Shown here: piece after piece, positions 36,182-46,427 of the stretch
Layout of the letters: each line of letters starts with the position of its first letter
How positions within the stretch are numbered: the first letter of the stretch is position 1
DNA from: a virus
Lineage: Duplodnaviria > Heunggongvirae > Uroviricota > Caudoviricetes
DNA length: 64,000 nt
Virus record (IMG/VR): IMGVR_UViG_3300005531_000248
Span: 1 to 64,000 of that record
Direction: 5' to 3' (one strand)
The notes under the pieces: model-generated
Seen by the model: only the letters and a program-made list of their open reading frames with translations
The model's database searches: none
What the model was told of the DNA's origin: nothing
Translations under genes and position numbers: made by a program

Positions 36182-36453
36182 GCCTGACCGACATTTTGCT
36201 GAGCCTGATCGTGGTCTTGCTGGGCGTGATCGCGGGGCTGCTGTGGGCAATTCTCAACGAATCCTACAGTATTGAAATTGTAAGAAGGCATGCCGGCGAG
36301 TGGGTCTCGCAGGGCTTTGTATCCTGGCGCTCGAAGAAAATCCAGAAGGCTCTCGATCAGCTGCGGACTACAACAATCAGAAGGCCAGCAGCACATTGGT
36401 TACCGTCGGATCTGAAAGCCTCTGCTCTGCCGCACCTCCGGCCTGCACCATGA
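36178..36453 (+). CDS. small membrane protein
   Basis: MSLTDILLSLIVVLLGVIAGLLWAIL. Confidence 0.35.
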   Translation: MSLTDILLSLIVVLLGVIAGLLWAILNESYSIEIVRRHAGEWVSQGFVSWRSKKIQKALDQLRTTTIRRPAAHWLPSDLKASALPHLRPAP

Positions 36454-36530
36454 AACTGTTCGGAGCCGGCCCCTGCTGACGTTAGTCCCCAATATTTTCA
36501 CCGAACCAGATCAACAAGGAGATTAAAGCA

Positions 36531-37058
36531 ATGAGTGTGACCACACCCAAAGAAAAGGGTTACCCGGTAACCATGACCGCCTCGGGCGGCCAGGTCCGCG
36601 TCGTCCATGGAGTCCAAGAAGAGCGCGCTCTGGCAAAAGCCGGCTGGGTGCGCAAGATCGTTGAACCCTACGTTCATCAGGAACTGCCGACCTGGATGTA
36701 TCACCCCAACGGCAGCTCAAGGATTGTCAAAACACAGGAGGAGTTTGAACGTCTTTCTTCAGAAGGCTGGTTCGTCAATCCGCCGGCGGCCTTCTCCGAC
36801 CCGCGCCCCAAGATTCAGCCCCCGCCGTCCGACCTTCCGGCCAACGAACAACTCGAGCGACAGGCGCGCCTGTTCGACCAGGCCTACGGCGAATTGAAGG
36901 AAAAGCACATCGCGCTTGCCGCAGAGCATGAAGACGTCAAGGCCGAGCTCAAGAACACCCAGGCTGCCTTGGCCGAAGTGACCGCCGAACGCGATCGCCT
37001 GCAGGCAGATTTTGAGGCCGTCAAGGCCGAGGCCAACGCCGAGCAGGCGAAAAAGTAA
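36531..37058 (+). CDS. hypothetical protein with C-terminal coiled coil
   Basis: ORF track; SD-like aaggagat upstream. Confidence 0.45.
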   Translation: MSVTTPKEKGYPVTMTASGGQVRVVHGVQEERALAKAGWVRKIVEPYVHQELPTWMYHPNGSSRIVKTQEEFERLSSEGWFVNPPAAFSDPRPKIQPPPSDLPANEQLERQARLFDQAYGELKEKHIALAAEHEDVKAELKNTQAALAEVTAERDRLQADFEAVKAEANAEQAKK

Positions 37059-37234
37059 ATGCCCAGCGTATCGAAGGCCATGCGGCGCGCGGCCGCTATC
37101 GCCGAGCACCACCCTGAAAAGCTGAACCCGGCCAACCGTGGACTGCTCAAGATGTCCAAAGAGCAGCTCCACGACTTCGCCTCGACTCCAGAGAGAAATC
37201 TCCCGCGCAAGAAATCCAAGCACTGGAGCGGCAA

Positions 37235-37585
37235 ATGATTGCAACTACGCGCGCCTACCAGAAGGCACTCGACCTGTTCAAAGCCAAGGTTCGCATGGGT
37301 GGCGGAGTGCTGGACGAATCGGAGTTCAGAAAGCAGTTCTTCGATCAGGCCAAGGATGCCGCTTATTCGGCTTTGGAGCGGCGCCGCGCTGGCGAGGGAA
37401 TGACACCGTTCACCCGCCAGATTCTCAGGGACTCGCTGTTCCACATCCACATCCAGATCGTGAACGAGCACTTCGGCGGAGAATCCCGACGTATCCGCCG
37501 CAGAATCGCCCGCAGACGCGCCACTAAACAGTGGCGCATGTTCGACCCCAGAAATTCGAAACACAAGGAGCAACCCAATGAATAA
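37235..37585 (+). CDS. hypothetical protein
   Basis: ORF track. Confidence 0.4.
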   Translation: MIATTRAYQKALDLFKAKVRMGGGVLDESEFRKQFFDQAKDAAYSALERRRAGEGMTPFTRQILRDSLFHIHIQIVNEHFGGESRRIRRRIARRRATKQWRMFDPRNSKHKEQPNE

Positions 37586-37832
37586 ATCCATGGATACCGA
37601 CGCCATCAGCGCACCGGCCGACCGCATCATCAACCGCACCGCGCACCAGCCCATGCAGGCAGGCAAGGGAGACATCATCAACGTCAATCCTTCCGGACCT
37701 GTCTCGGCAGGTGACGAACCGATGAAGTTTTCAGAAGAGCGGATGATCAACCGCTGCTTCGATAAACCAGTCAATACCGTCTCACAGAAATCAGCAGGGA
37801 CGGGAAAGAGTGACTGGAAGCGAGGATGTTAG
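37578..37832 (+). CDS. hypothetical protein
   Basis: ORF track. Confidence 0.35.
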   Translation: MNKSMDTDAISAPADRIINRTAHQPMQAGKGDIINVNPSGPVSAGDEPMKFSEERMINRCFDKPVNTVSQKSAGTGKSDWKRGC

Positions 37833-37839
37833 ATTTCTC

Positions 37840-37905
37840 GCTGAGAGTACGGGAGACGAAACCCGGCGGTTTCTTCTCCCGTAAACCCGCTTCTTCCCTG
37901 ATTTA
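37840..37905 (+). repeat. HP-B hairpin element
   Basis: gctgagagtacGGGAGAcGAAACCcggcGGTTTCttCTCCCgtaaacccgcttcttccctgattt. Confidence 0.6.
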
Positions 37906-37917
37906 GGCGGAGCATTC

Positions 37918-38154
37918 ATGGCCGACAAAAAGAACTTCATCCAATCCGCAATCAAGCATCCTGGGCGGCTCACCAATGCCGCGCACCGCGCCGGAGAATC
38001 GGTCTCTGAGTACGCCAAAGAACATGAGCACGATCCCAAAGGAACCATCGGCGATGCGGCGCGGCTCTATAACCACGTGCTCGGCGGCCAGGGTCACAAA
38101 CCCAAGGGCGAGAAGCATTCCTCCGACGGCAAGGGCCACTACTCCGGTCACTAG
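37918..38154 (+). CDS. hypothetical His/Gly/Lys-rich small protein
   Basis: ORF track. Confidence 0.4.
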   Translation: MADKKNFIQSAIKHPGRLTNAAHRAGESVSEYAKEHEHDPKGTIGDAARLYNHVLGGQGHKPKGEKHSSDGKGHYSGH

Positions 38155-38262
38155 CGCGCGCCGCTCATCAAGATCAGTAAGGCCACGGCCGGATATCAGT
38201 ACCGGCCGGAAACCGAGTACCGCTGCTTTGAGTGCGTATTCGCTAAGCCCACAGGCCAGGGT

Positions 38263-38658
38263 ATGGGCTGCGCCTTCTTCGGACCGAATGTCGAGATCAG
38301 CGCACAATCGGGCGGCTGCAACGCCTTCGCGCATGCCGATTCGGGCAAGTACGAGATTCCCTGGCTCGGACTGTTTACCAAAGTTCAATTAGGTTACGCC
38401 GAGAACAAGCCGGGGTTTTCCTGCAAGCGCTGCTCTCACGTCGACCTTGCCGCGGAAGACTGCGAACGCGTGGATAAGAACTCGGAAGGCGATACGCCCG
38501 GCCTCATTGCAGCCAATGCCTACTGCAACCAGTGGGAGCCGGACAAGAAGCGCGCACCGCTCTCAAGCGAAAAACTGCTCAATATGATCTCGGCCGTCAA
38601 GAAGGACGCAGCGCGGATGTCGCCTGACGAATACCGCACCATGCGCGAGGCCGCATAA
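38263..38658 (+). CDS. hypothetical Cys-containing protein (frame open upstream to 38157 without ATG)
   Basis: ORF track; in-frame upstream ...YRCFECVFAKPTGQG before Met. Confidence 0.4.
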   Translation: MGCAFFGPNVEISAQSGGCNAFAHADSGKYEIPWLGLFTKVQLGYAENKPGFSCKRCSHVDLAAEDCERVDKNSEGDTPGLIAANAYCNQWEPDKKRAPLSSEKLLNMISAVKKDAARMSPDEYRTMREAA

Positions 38659-39458
38659 TGCCGACCAATCCACTTTTCAACACGCAACTCTTCGGAGGCG
38701 GATCCGCGCTTTCGGGCGCCATCCTGGTGTCGGACATCATCTATTCGGCCTACAGGATTGCCGGCGTCTTAGGGGCGCCTGGACGAGGCTACGGTGCAGA
38801 TGCAGCTAATGACGGGCTGAAGGTCCTGAACTCAATGGTGGACGCCTGGCAGGCTGAGCGCCTGATGGTCTGGGCAATTCTGCGCAGCGTGTTCAACATC
38901 GTCGCCAACCAGCAGACTTATGTGCTCGGCACCACCGGGACAGTGGACTGGAAACTCCAACGCCCGGAACGAATCGAGCAGGCCGGATTCATTTTCAACA
39001 ACCTGAACCCCACGATCGAGGAGCCGTTCAAAATCCTGACCTACCAGGAGTGGGCCGCGCTTTCGCCCAAAAGCTTAAACTCGACCATTCCTTACATGCT
39101 GTATTACGAGCCGTTCGTACCCAACGGCCACGTGAATCTCTGGCCTGTTCCCCTGGCCAACTGGCAGATCGCGCTGTACACCTGGCAGAACCTGACGACC
39201 TTCCCCTCGACCAACACGGCCGTAGTCGTTCCTCCGGCCTATCAGGAAGCGCTCGAATACAATCTGGCCAAAATGCTGGCCATGCGGTTTCAGAAGCGCG
39301 CAAACATGTCTGCGGAAGCGATGAATCAAGCCCGCGCATCCAAGGCGCGCATCAAGGCCATCAATCTGACGCCGCTTGAAATGGTGGTTGAGGCCGCAAT
39401 GCAAGGCCGGCCCGGCGAACGCGGACGCTGGAATATCCTGACGGGCAAGTACTGGTAA
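38658..39458 (+). CDS. virion structural protein, paralog A
   Basis: shares VVPPAYQEALEYNLAKMLA / LWPVP motifs with 39985..40704. Confidence 0.5.
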   Translation: MPTNPLFNTQLFGGGSALSGAILVSDIIYSAYRIAGVLGAPGRGYGADAANDGLKVLNSMVDAWQAERLMVWAILRSVFNIVANQQTYVLGTTGTVDWKLQRPERIEQAGFIFNNLNPTIEEPFKILTYQEWAALSPKSLNSTIPYMLYYEPFVPNGHVNLWPVPLANWQIALYTWQNLTTFPSTNTAVVVPPAYQEALEYNLAKMLAMRFQKRANMSAEAMNQARASKARIKAINLTPLEMVVEAAMQGRPGERGRWNILTGKYW

Positions 39459-39731
39459 TGAGCGTTCCAAACGCTGATTTCGATACACAGGATTTCGGTG
39501 GCAGCAGTTTTATTCCTGAACAGGCGGATCTTTACATTATTCTGACGGCGCCAACCCTACACGCTTTAGAGGCTGAAGTTCAGACGTATTTCCGGCAGGG
39601 CTGGACGCCGCAGGGTGGAGTTGCGGTTTCTGGATCGGATCTATACCAGGCAATGATCCGGCCACGGTAAGCTTCCGGCCTGGATTGCCGGGGCAACCTC
39701 AACCGGGGGATTCCCGGATTCGCGTGAGACT

Positions 39732-40058
39732 TCACGCGAATTGCTTGGGAGTGTACCTCTCGCGGAGTAGTTCAGAACAGGACTCGCAGATCACCTCGAA
39801 GGTGTTGTAGCGCATCCGGACATTCGCCGGAGCGATCGCTCCGTGGGTAAGTTCAGACACCGAACAATTTACGGCTGCGGCATGCCCGCACTCAAGTTTC
39901 GCTAGCGTCCCCTCTTCCACTTCCCGGAAGGTCCGCACCCCGACCCACACCGTTCCATCCCAGGCCATATAGCGACATTCTCCCATGACAGGCTTAGATC
40001 TCATCTCGCGCTCCATGCGCATCACCGGGGCTTTAGCGCAGGGCGAATCTCCCGGCAA
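39732..40058 (-). CDS. possible antisense-strand zinc-finger ORF
   Basis: CxxC-type Cys pairs; only minus ORF inside plus-strand structural block; overlaps 5' end of 39985 gene. Confidence 0.25.
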   Translation of the reverse strand: MPGDSPCAKAPVMRMEREMRSKPVMGECRYMAWDGTVWVGVRTFREVEEGTLAKLECGHAAAVNCSVSELTHGAIAPANVRMRYNTFEVICESCSELLRERYTPKQFA

Positions 40059-40704
40059 CGACGAAGCCGTCGACTTTCTGCAGGCCTTGAATGACCTGAT
40101 CGATGGACTGTCGGCCGAGGAGCCAATGATCTACGCGCTTCCGGCGGCTCAGTTTGCCCTCACAAACTTAACCGGCGTGTACGCCATGGGCCCGACCGCC
40201 CCGGCGCCGTTCAATGTTCCGCGTCCGGTCAAGATCGCGCGCGCCAGTTTCATACAGGCCGTCACCGCGCTGCGCTTCGACCTGGACATCATCAACGCCG
40301 AACAGTACAACCTGATCCCTGAAAAGAATAACGTCGCCCAGGTGCCCCGGAAACTTTATCCGGACTACGCCGTGCCCAACATGAACCTGTCGCTCTGGCC
40401 GTACCCCTCGCAAGGCGGCCAGCTCGAGCTGATCACCTGGCAGGCCGTATCGGCGGTCCCGACGCTTCAGACCGTCCTTGTCCTACCTCCGGCCTACGCC
40501 GAGCTGCTCGAGTACATGCTCGCAGTCCGGATTTGGCCGGAACTCAATCCTGGCGTACCGCTCGACCAGGGCATCGTGCAACAGGCGCTCGATCGCAAGA
40601 CCGCAGTCATGACATTCAACCGGGCCATCCGGCTGGGGACCAGCGAAGGCACGCCGCCGGCCGCTCCGCCCACTGCTCCGATCACCGCGCCGACAGCGCA
40701 GTAA
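39985..40704 (+). CDS. virion structural protein, paralog B
   Basis: VLPPAYAELLEYMLAVRIW / LWPYP; Pro/Ala-rich tail. Confidence 0.5.
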   Translation: MTGLDLISRSMRITGALAQGESPGNDEAVDFLQALNDLIDGLSAEEPMIYALPAAQFALTNLTGVYAMGPTAPAPFNVPRPVKIARASFIQAVTALRFDLDIINAEQYNLIPEKNNVAQVPRKLYPDYAVPNMNLSLWPYPSQGGQLELITWQAVSAVPTLQTVLVLPPAYAELLEYMLAVRIWPELNPGVPLDQGIVQQALDRKTAVMTFNRAIRLGTSEGTPPAAPPTAPITAPTAQ

Positions 40705-40730
40705 CTCCGCAAACAAACCCCGAAACCAAC

Positions 40731-43325
40731 ATGAGAACGCTACTTTTAGCGCTTGCCCTGAGCGCCACGCTCGCCGCGCAGACGGCCGTCTATCCGGGCG
40801 CCGTGGTCACCGATCAGCAACTGAAAATCGCTGTCAACAATACGACGACTACGCTCAACGCGAGCATGCTCTCGACCGACAACGTCATCGTGGTCCAGAA
40901 CTCGACCGGCTTCGTTCCCAACATGCTGGTCACGGTCGATACCGAAATCATCGCCGTTTGCGCGGTCGCGGGAAATCTTCTCACCGTGGGGCACTCGTCC
41001 TGCCCGAATACTGACGGAAGAGGGTTCGACGGGACCACGGCCGCGTCGCACGTCGCCGGGGTGACTGTGAACGGGTTCGTAGACGCGTGGCATTCCAACG
41101 CGAAGAACAAAGAAATCGAGGCTATCGAAACCGCACTCGGTGCAAACCTCAGCCTGGTCAAAGCCTGGAACTCCCTTGCGGCGCCGACAGGAAATCTTTC
41201 GCTTGCGCTCGGCAATAACACCAGCTTATTCACGGCGGGAAACGCTACCGGGTCGAACATGGATGTTTGGAAAGTGACCGATACGGCCGGCAATACCGGC
41301 ACCGGAAACCTCCTGCATTTAACCACCACCTCGGGTTCGGCTCTCCACCCCGTTCAAATCGACAACAACGGCAACGGCCTGCAGATGTCGACCCTGGGCG
41401 TACTGTTCCCGGTCGGAACCGGAGGCATCGACGCCAGTTCCCTCACAAGCGGCAGTATCCCTGGCGCGCGCATCGCCAACTCGACCGTCACCAACGCCAT
41501 GCTGGCGGGCTCGATCGCGGCCTCGAAATTGATAGGGACCGATATCACGACCCTTGGGACGATCGGTACCGGGACGTGGCAGGGAACCGCTGTCGGAGTG
41601 CTGTACGGCGGCACCGGCGCCTCCACCGCAGCTACCGCGCGGGCGAACCTCAGCGCTGCGGCTTCGGGTCCAAACTCTGACATTACCTCTCTTACCGGTC
41701 TCGCCACACCGCTTTCTGTGGCGCAGGGCGGCACCGGCGTAACTTTGGCCCAAGGCAACGGAACTAAAGTCCAGTTGGCCTCAGGAGCGGCGGTTAGTGG
41801 CGATTGCGTCAAATATGACGCCAACGGAAACGCCGTGGACGCGGGCGCCCCATGCGGGACGGGTTCGGGCGGACCAAGCACCCTGATCGTGACGTCTACC
41901 TATAATTTCTCGCCGCAAACACCCGGTGGAACGCTGACGTCCGGCGTCACCAATACGGTCACCCTCACGCCATGCCCTCTCGGCGTAAATGGGTCAGATT
42001 TGGGGCACTATTACTACGTTTCTGGCGGAATTGGCGGCCCCGAGGCGGTGTTTGGCACTGGCGGAACATGCACATCCGGCGCAGCGTCTGGAACCCTGAC
42101 ATTTGTTCCTGTGAACAATCACTCCGGGGCGTGGACGATAGGACCCGCCAATGCAGGGCTACAGGAAGCATTCAATGTTGCGGGATTAACTCCGGTCTAT
42201 GTTCCTCCCGGCACGTGGCAAATCTACGCCCCGGCACGTCCACCTTCGGGTCAAACCTTAACCTGTGCTGGTAAGTTTACTACGTTCCTTCAAGCAACCG
42301 GCGCGGCAATTGGCATTATCGACGCGACCGGGACAAAAAACCGAATCGAGCACTGCGGCTTCACGGCCACAACACAACAAACTTCGGGCGGCTATGGCAT
42401 TCGTCTTGGAAACTGCGGCGCATCATGCGACAACGCATTCACCGTAATCAACGACAACTATTTCGAGCCGTTATACGATGCTGTTCTTAGCGTCAACGCG
42501 AGTCAAACGTGGTTCACCAATAACGTCTGCTACAACTTTTCGCACACTTGTTTCACTGCCGCCGATGCAAACTTCCCCGATAGTGATGGGCCGTGGGTGG
42601 CGAATAACGTGATGTTCAATTACAACCTCTCCAGTCCAGCGCTTGCGTGTCTGTACATCACAAGCTCAGGCGGAATCACGTTCCACCACAACAACTGCTT
42701 TGGGTCGGGGACCACAAATCTGAACTATAACGTCTACTTGAATTCAGTCGTCTCGACACAGCTAATCATCGACGATAACGTTCTTGAAACGGCGCAGGTA
42801 TCGAACATCTTTTTAAACGGTGCCTTCAATCTCATAGCGATCACCGGCAACACAATCGCCCAACCGCTCTGTAGTGGCTGCGGAGCACAGGGAATCCAGA
42901 TAGTCGGCAGCGCATCGTCCGGCCCCTCAATGTATCAAGGAACGATTACAGGTAATGTATTCCAGGGACCGGGACAATCCAACGCCTGGAAAGCGATCGC
43001 GATGGCCGAAGCAGCGGGCGGCACAAATATTGCATGGTACTTTGGTGGGAATTCCTTCAATCAAGTTAACACCCCGTACCTATTCCAAGATGCTGCTGAG
43101 CACGTCACGATTGGAACGAATCGTTACGACAATACGAACTTCACGATCAGCGGAACGCCCACGAATGTGATCATGTCGGATATGGGATTCCAGCCAACAT
43201 TTAGTGCTTTACCATCGCTAGCGAATGGCTCACAACTATTTGTCAGCGACGGTAATTCCACATGCACAGCCGGAAGCTCGACGGGCCGTACCTGCTTCCG
43301 CGAGAACGGCGCTTGGACCCACTAA
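40731..43325 (+). CDS. tailspike/tail-fibre-like protein with right-handed beta-helix (pectate-lyase-like) repeats
   Basis: N-terminal MRTLLLALALSATLAAQTA + module LVTVDTEIIAVCAV..; internal repeats NNVCYNFSHTCF / NNVMFNYNLSS / FHHNNCFGSG / NYNVYLNS. Confidence 0.55.
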   Translation: MRTLLLALALSATLAAQTAVYPGAVVTDQQLKIAVNNTTTTLNASMLSTDNVIVVQNSTGFVPNMLVTVDTEIIAVCAVAGNLLTVGHSSCPNTDGRGFDGTTAASHVAGVTVNGFVDAWHSNAKNKEIEAIETALGANLSLVKAWNSLAAPTGNLSLALGNNTSLFTAGNATGSNMDVWKVTDTAGNTGTGNLLHLTTTSGSALHPVQIDNNGNGLQMSTLGVLFPVGTGGIDASSLTSGSIPGARIANSTVTNAMLAGSIAASKLIGTDITTLGTIGTGTWQGTAVGVLYGGTGASTAATARANLSAAASGPNSDITSLTGLATPLSVAQGGTGVTLAQGNGTKVQLASGAAVSGDCVKYDANGNAVDAGAPCGTGSGGPSTLIVTSTYNFSPQTPGGTLTSGVTNTVTLTPCPLGVNGSDLGHYYYVSGGIGGPEAVFGTGGTCTSGAASGTLTFVPVNNHSGAWTIGPANAGLQEAFNVAGLTPVYVPPGTWQIYAPARPPSGQTLTCAGKFTTFLQATGAAIGIIDATGTKNRIEHCGFTATTQQTSGGYGIRLGNCGASCDNAFTVINDNYFEPLYDAVLSVNASQTWFTNNVCYNFSHTCFTAADANFPDSDGPWVANNVMFNYNLSSPALACLYITSSGGITFHHNNCFGSGTTNLNYNVYLNSVVSTQLIIDDNVLETAQVSNIFLNGAFNLIAITGNTIAQPLCSGCGAQGIQIVGSASSGPSMYQGTITGNVFQGPGQSNAWKAIAMAEAAGGTNIAWYFGGNSFNQVNTPYLFQDAAEHVTIGTNRYDNTNFTISGTPTNVIMSDMGFQPTFSALPSLANGSQLFVSDGNSTCTAGSSTGRTCFRENGAWTH

Positions 43326-43340
43326 GAAACGGCACAAGGG

Positions 43341-44793
43341 CATGCCTCGATTTGGATTTGTCGGACCGGGCTATTTAGGCCTGAGTCCGGCGCCGGACGC
43401 CGAGCGTTCGGTGAACCTTTATATCGAGCGAGTAGAATCGGGGCACGGAAAAAACGACTGGATACTCAAAGGGACACCGGGGAGAAAACTTCTCACTACG
43501 CTTCCGTCCTCGCCAGTCCGGGGCCTGTGGGGCGGCGAGAACCGCCTCTTCGCCGTGGGCGGCTCAAAACTCTACGAGGTCTTTCTCAACAAAGCACCGA
43601 ACCTGCTAGGCGACGTAGGCCTTGCTTCGACCCCGGTATCCATTTCCTCCAATGGAAACGAGCTTTTCATTGTCTCTGGCGCCCAGGGCTATTTGGCTGA
43701 CGGCCAAACCGTCAAGCCGGTGGTCAACGCCGTCTCGGGATGTTTTCTCAAGGGCGTTTTTGTAGCGGCGCAGCCCAATTCAAATCAGTTCAATGTCTCT
43801 GACCCGCTTGACGGCTCGACCTGGGATCCGCTCAACTTCTCGACCAAATCCGGCTCGCCCGACCGCCTGGTCGCGGTCTTCGCCGATCATGAGCTGCTGT
43901 GGCTCATGGGCGACAAGACCATCGAAGTTTGGGCCGATGCCGGACTCCCTCCGCCTGGCGTTCCCTTTCAGGAAATTCAGGGCGCCTTTATCGAGCAGGG
44001 ATTGTGGGCGCCGGCCTCGGTCGCAAAAATTGACAACTCGCTCATGTGGCTGGGGGGCGACGACCGCGGCGCCCTGATGGTCTGGAGGGCGCTCGGATTC
44101 CTTCCGCAGCGCGTCTCAAACCACGCCATGGAGGCCAGAATTCGGCAGTATTCGAACTCCTTCGATGCCGTCGGCTATCCCTATCAGGAAAGCGGCCACA
44201 ACTTCTACTGCTTAAGCTTCCCCACCGCAGATGCGACCTGGGTTTTCGATACGGCCTCCGGAGCCTGGCATGAGCGGGGATTCTGGGACACCAAATACGC
44301 CCAGTACCACGCCGATATCGCGCGCTTCCACGCCTACACCATGGGTATACATTTCGTGGGCGACTACCGCAACGGAAACATCTACATCCAGTCGGAAGAC
44401 ATTTACTCGGACAACGGCAGTCCCATAAGACGGCTGAGAACTTCCCCGCACATTTCAAACGAGATGAACTGGGCGCGGCACGGACGCTTAGTGATCGACA
44501 TGCAGGTCTCGCAAGGTCCTGCCTCCGGACAAGGTTCCGTTCCGACCATTGGAATGCGGTTCTCTGACGACGGGGGATTTACCTGGTCGAATCAGCGGCA
44601 ATTAGGCGGGGTGCCGCTAAAGACTGGAGCGGGGCAATCGCTCGCACAGGCGGGCGTTGGGGAGTACAAATACCGCTACGTTTCAAGGAGATTGGGAAGA
44701 TCGCGGGACCGGGCGTATGAAGCTGTCATTTCCGATCCAGTCGGCGTCACGATTGTAGATGCATATACAACCTTAGCCCCAGGACCGTTGTGA
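43341..44793 (+). CDS. P22 gp10-like protein (packaged-DNA stabilisation / tail hub)
   Basis: NLYIERV...LKGTPGRKLL...PVRGLW..GGENRLFAVGGSKLYEV...LGDVG...SNGNELFIVSGAQGYLADGQTVKPV parallels P22 gp10; by-eye start ATG 43341. Confidence 0.6.
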
Positions 44794-44804
44794 GGATTTG
44801 CCGC

Positions 44805-44862
44805 TGAGAGCATGGGAGACGAAACCCGGCGGTTTCTTCTCCCATGAACCCACTTTTTCCCT
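44805..44862 (+). repeat. HP-B hairpin element
   Basis: gctgagagcatGGGAGAcGAAACCcggcGGTTTCttCTCCCatgaacccactttttccctgatt. Confidence 0.6.
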
Positions 44863-44866
44863 GATT

Positions 44867-44930
44867 CAGAGCGCGCACGCCGTAAACCTGAATCCGTAAT
44901 CGACCTTCGAGAAAAGCGTTAACAACAAAG
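44867..44930 (+). repeat. RE-1 dispersed element (forward, subfamily B)
   Basis: cagagcgcgcacgccgtaaacctgaatccgtaatcgaccttcgagaaaagcgttaacaacaaag then ATG 44935. Confidence 0.7.
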
Positions 44931-44934
44931 CATT

Positions 44935-45321
44935 ATGGCTTCCTCCGGGTTTCCTCGTTTAGATCAGCCCTCGGTTCAAACTCCCCTTGCTGCAGCACGC
45001 ATTGACCAGGGCATCACGACGCAGGGACAGCTCATGAGCTATGCCACGCCGTTCTGGCAGCGCTGGTTAAACGACGCCTTTTTAGCCATCCGATATTTGC
45101 TCAACCGGAACGTCTACGCCGAAATCCCCCAAGGGATGCTGGACGGAACCAATGCCGCCTTCACGCTTTTGAATCCGCCGAATCCCGCGACGTCGCTGCA
45201 ATTGTTTGTGAACGGCAGTTTACAGAAGCAAGGCTCGGATTACACCTTGACGTCTGCTCAAATCACGTTCGCAAACGCCCCAGCGATGAAAGCAGTTCTA
45301 CAGGCCTTCTATACCAAGTAA
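44935..45321 (+). CDS. hypothetical virion protein
   Basis: ORF track. Confidence 0.45.
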   Translation: MASSGFPRLDQPSVQTPLAAARIDQGITTQGQLMSYATPFWQRWLNDAFLAIRYLLNRNVYAEIPQGMLDGTNAAFTLLNPPNPATSLQLFVNGSLQKQGSDYTLTSAQITFANAPAMKAVLQAFYTK

Positions 45322-45828
45322 ATGAGCGCCAATATCCGGCTGGTCGAACCGTTTCCCATGACGGCCTGGAAAGACCTGCACCACTGGCTGAACGCGAGCG
45401 TCATTGCCGCAACCGATCAGTTTCCGCGGGATGAGCGTGAGTTTCACGTGAAAATCGGCGAGTCGCTGGAGACCGCGCGCAGTTGGGCGGTCATCGATCA
45501 GGACTGCGGCAAGATTTCAGGCGCCCTGATCTTCGAGCCCATTGGACGCATGGGAGCCAGAACGTACGTTGCAAGTTCGCGGGCGATCTGGGGAACAGGG
45601 CTCATGGACGAAGCCGCGCGCGTGGCCTTGCATAAGGTCTTCACCGAAAACCCGGAGCTAGGCTACGTGCTGGGAATGGTTACGTCCAACAACTATCCGG
45701 CCCGCGCTTTTAATGAGCGCCTGGGATTTCGGGTGAAGAATATTTTGCCCGACTACGTGATCTCAAACGGAACGCGGCGCGACATGATCGTCTACGAACT
45801 CACCCGGGAGATATGGCGCACGACATAA
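45322..45828 (+). CDS. GNAT-family N-acetyltransferase (probable)
   Basis: ...YPARAFNERLGFRV... C-terminal GNAT motif. Confidence 0.5.
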   Translation: MSANIRLVEPFPMTAWKDLHHWLNASVIAATDQFPRDEREFHVKIGESLETARSWAVIDQDCGKISGALIFEPIGRMGARTYVASSRAIWGTGLMDEAARVALHKVFTENPELGYVLGMVTSNNYPARAFNERLGFRVKNILPDYVISNGTRRDMIVYELTREIWRTT

Positions 45829-46181
45829 CCATTCGTTTGTTGCCTGACTCCGAGTGGGCGCGGCTCAAAGATATTTACGCGGCCAACGGGTGGGAGCTTC
45901 CTTCGCCAGAACACAATCGCGCCGTGGTGGCAGAGCACGCCGGAGAAATTATCGGGATGTGGGGCATGAACGCGATCGCGCACGCCGGGCCCCTGTATGT
46001 TGCCCCCGAATTTCGCAAACAGGGAATCGCCGTATTGCTCGGCCGCGGAGTAGAGCGGGAAATGCTTTCGCTTGCCGAAGGCCGGTTTCTGGTATTCGCG
46101 TCCAATCCCGGTTCGATTGCCGTGGCGCGCAAGTTGGGTTACAGAGAGCACGGCTGGAAAGTGTTTGAAGCTCAGGTCTAA
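45813..46181 (+). CDS. GNAT-family N-acetyltransferase
   Basis: IIGMWGM...LYVAPEFRKQGIAVLL...ASNPGSIAVARKLGY = GNAT motifs A/B. Confidence 0.75.
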   Translation: MAHDITIRLLPDSEWARLKDIYAANGWELPSPEHNRAVVAEHAGEIIGMWGMNAIAHAGPLYVAPEFRKQGIAVLLGRGVEREMLSLAEGRFLVFASNPGSIAVARKLGYREHGWKVFEAQV

Positions 46182-46427
46182 TCGGTGCTCGCCCAGTAAA
46201 AGTAATCGAATCCGTGGGATGAAAGTAGCTCGGGTTCCATCGGCTTTCCAGGCTGCGAAGCATACTCGGCGAGCGTAGCTTGCTTGACAATTACCGCTGG
46301 TTGCGGCGTCTCAAGCCGGTTGCCAAGGTGATCGTAGTCAATGGTGACGCGTTGTCCGATGAAGAGCGGTCGGCGACCCGTGACCACGATCACACTTTGA
46401 AGTATAGCGGCAGAAAGTAAATCTCCC

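Noticed and set aside
37840-37905. HP-B as a hammerhead ribozyme (CUGAGAG ... GAAAC)
   Set aside because: The core reads CUGAGAG, not CUGANGA, and no proper three-stem junction can be drawn.
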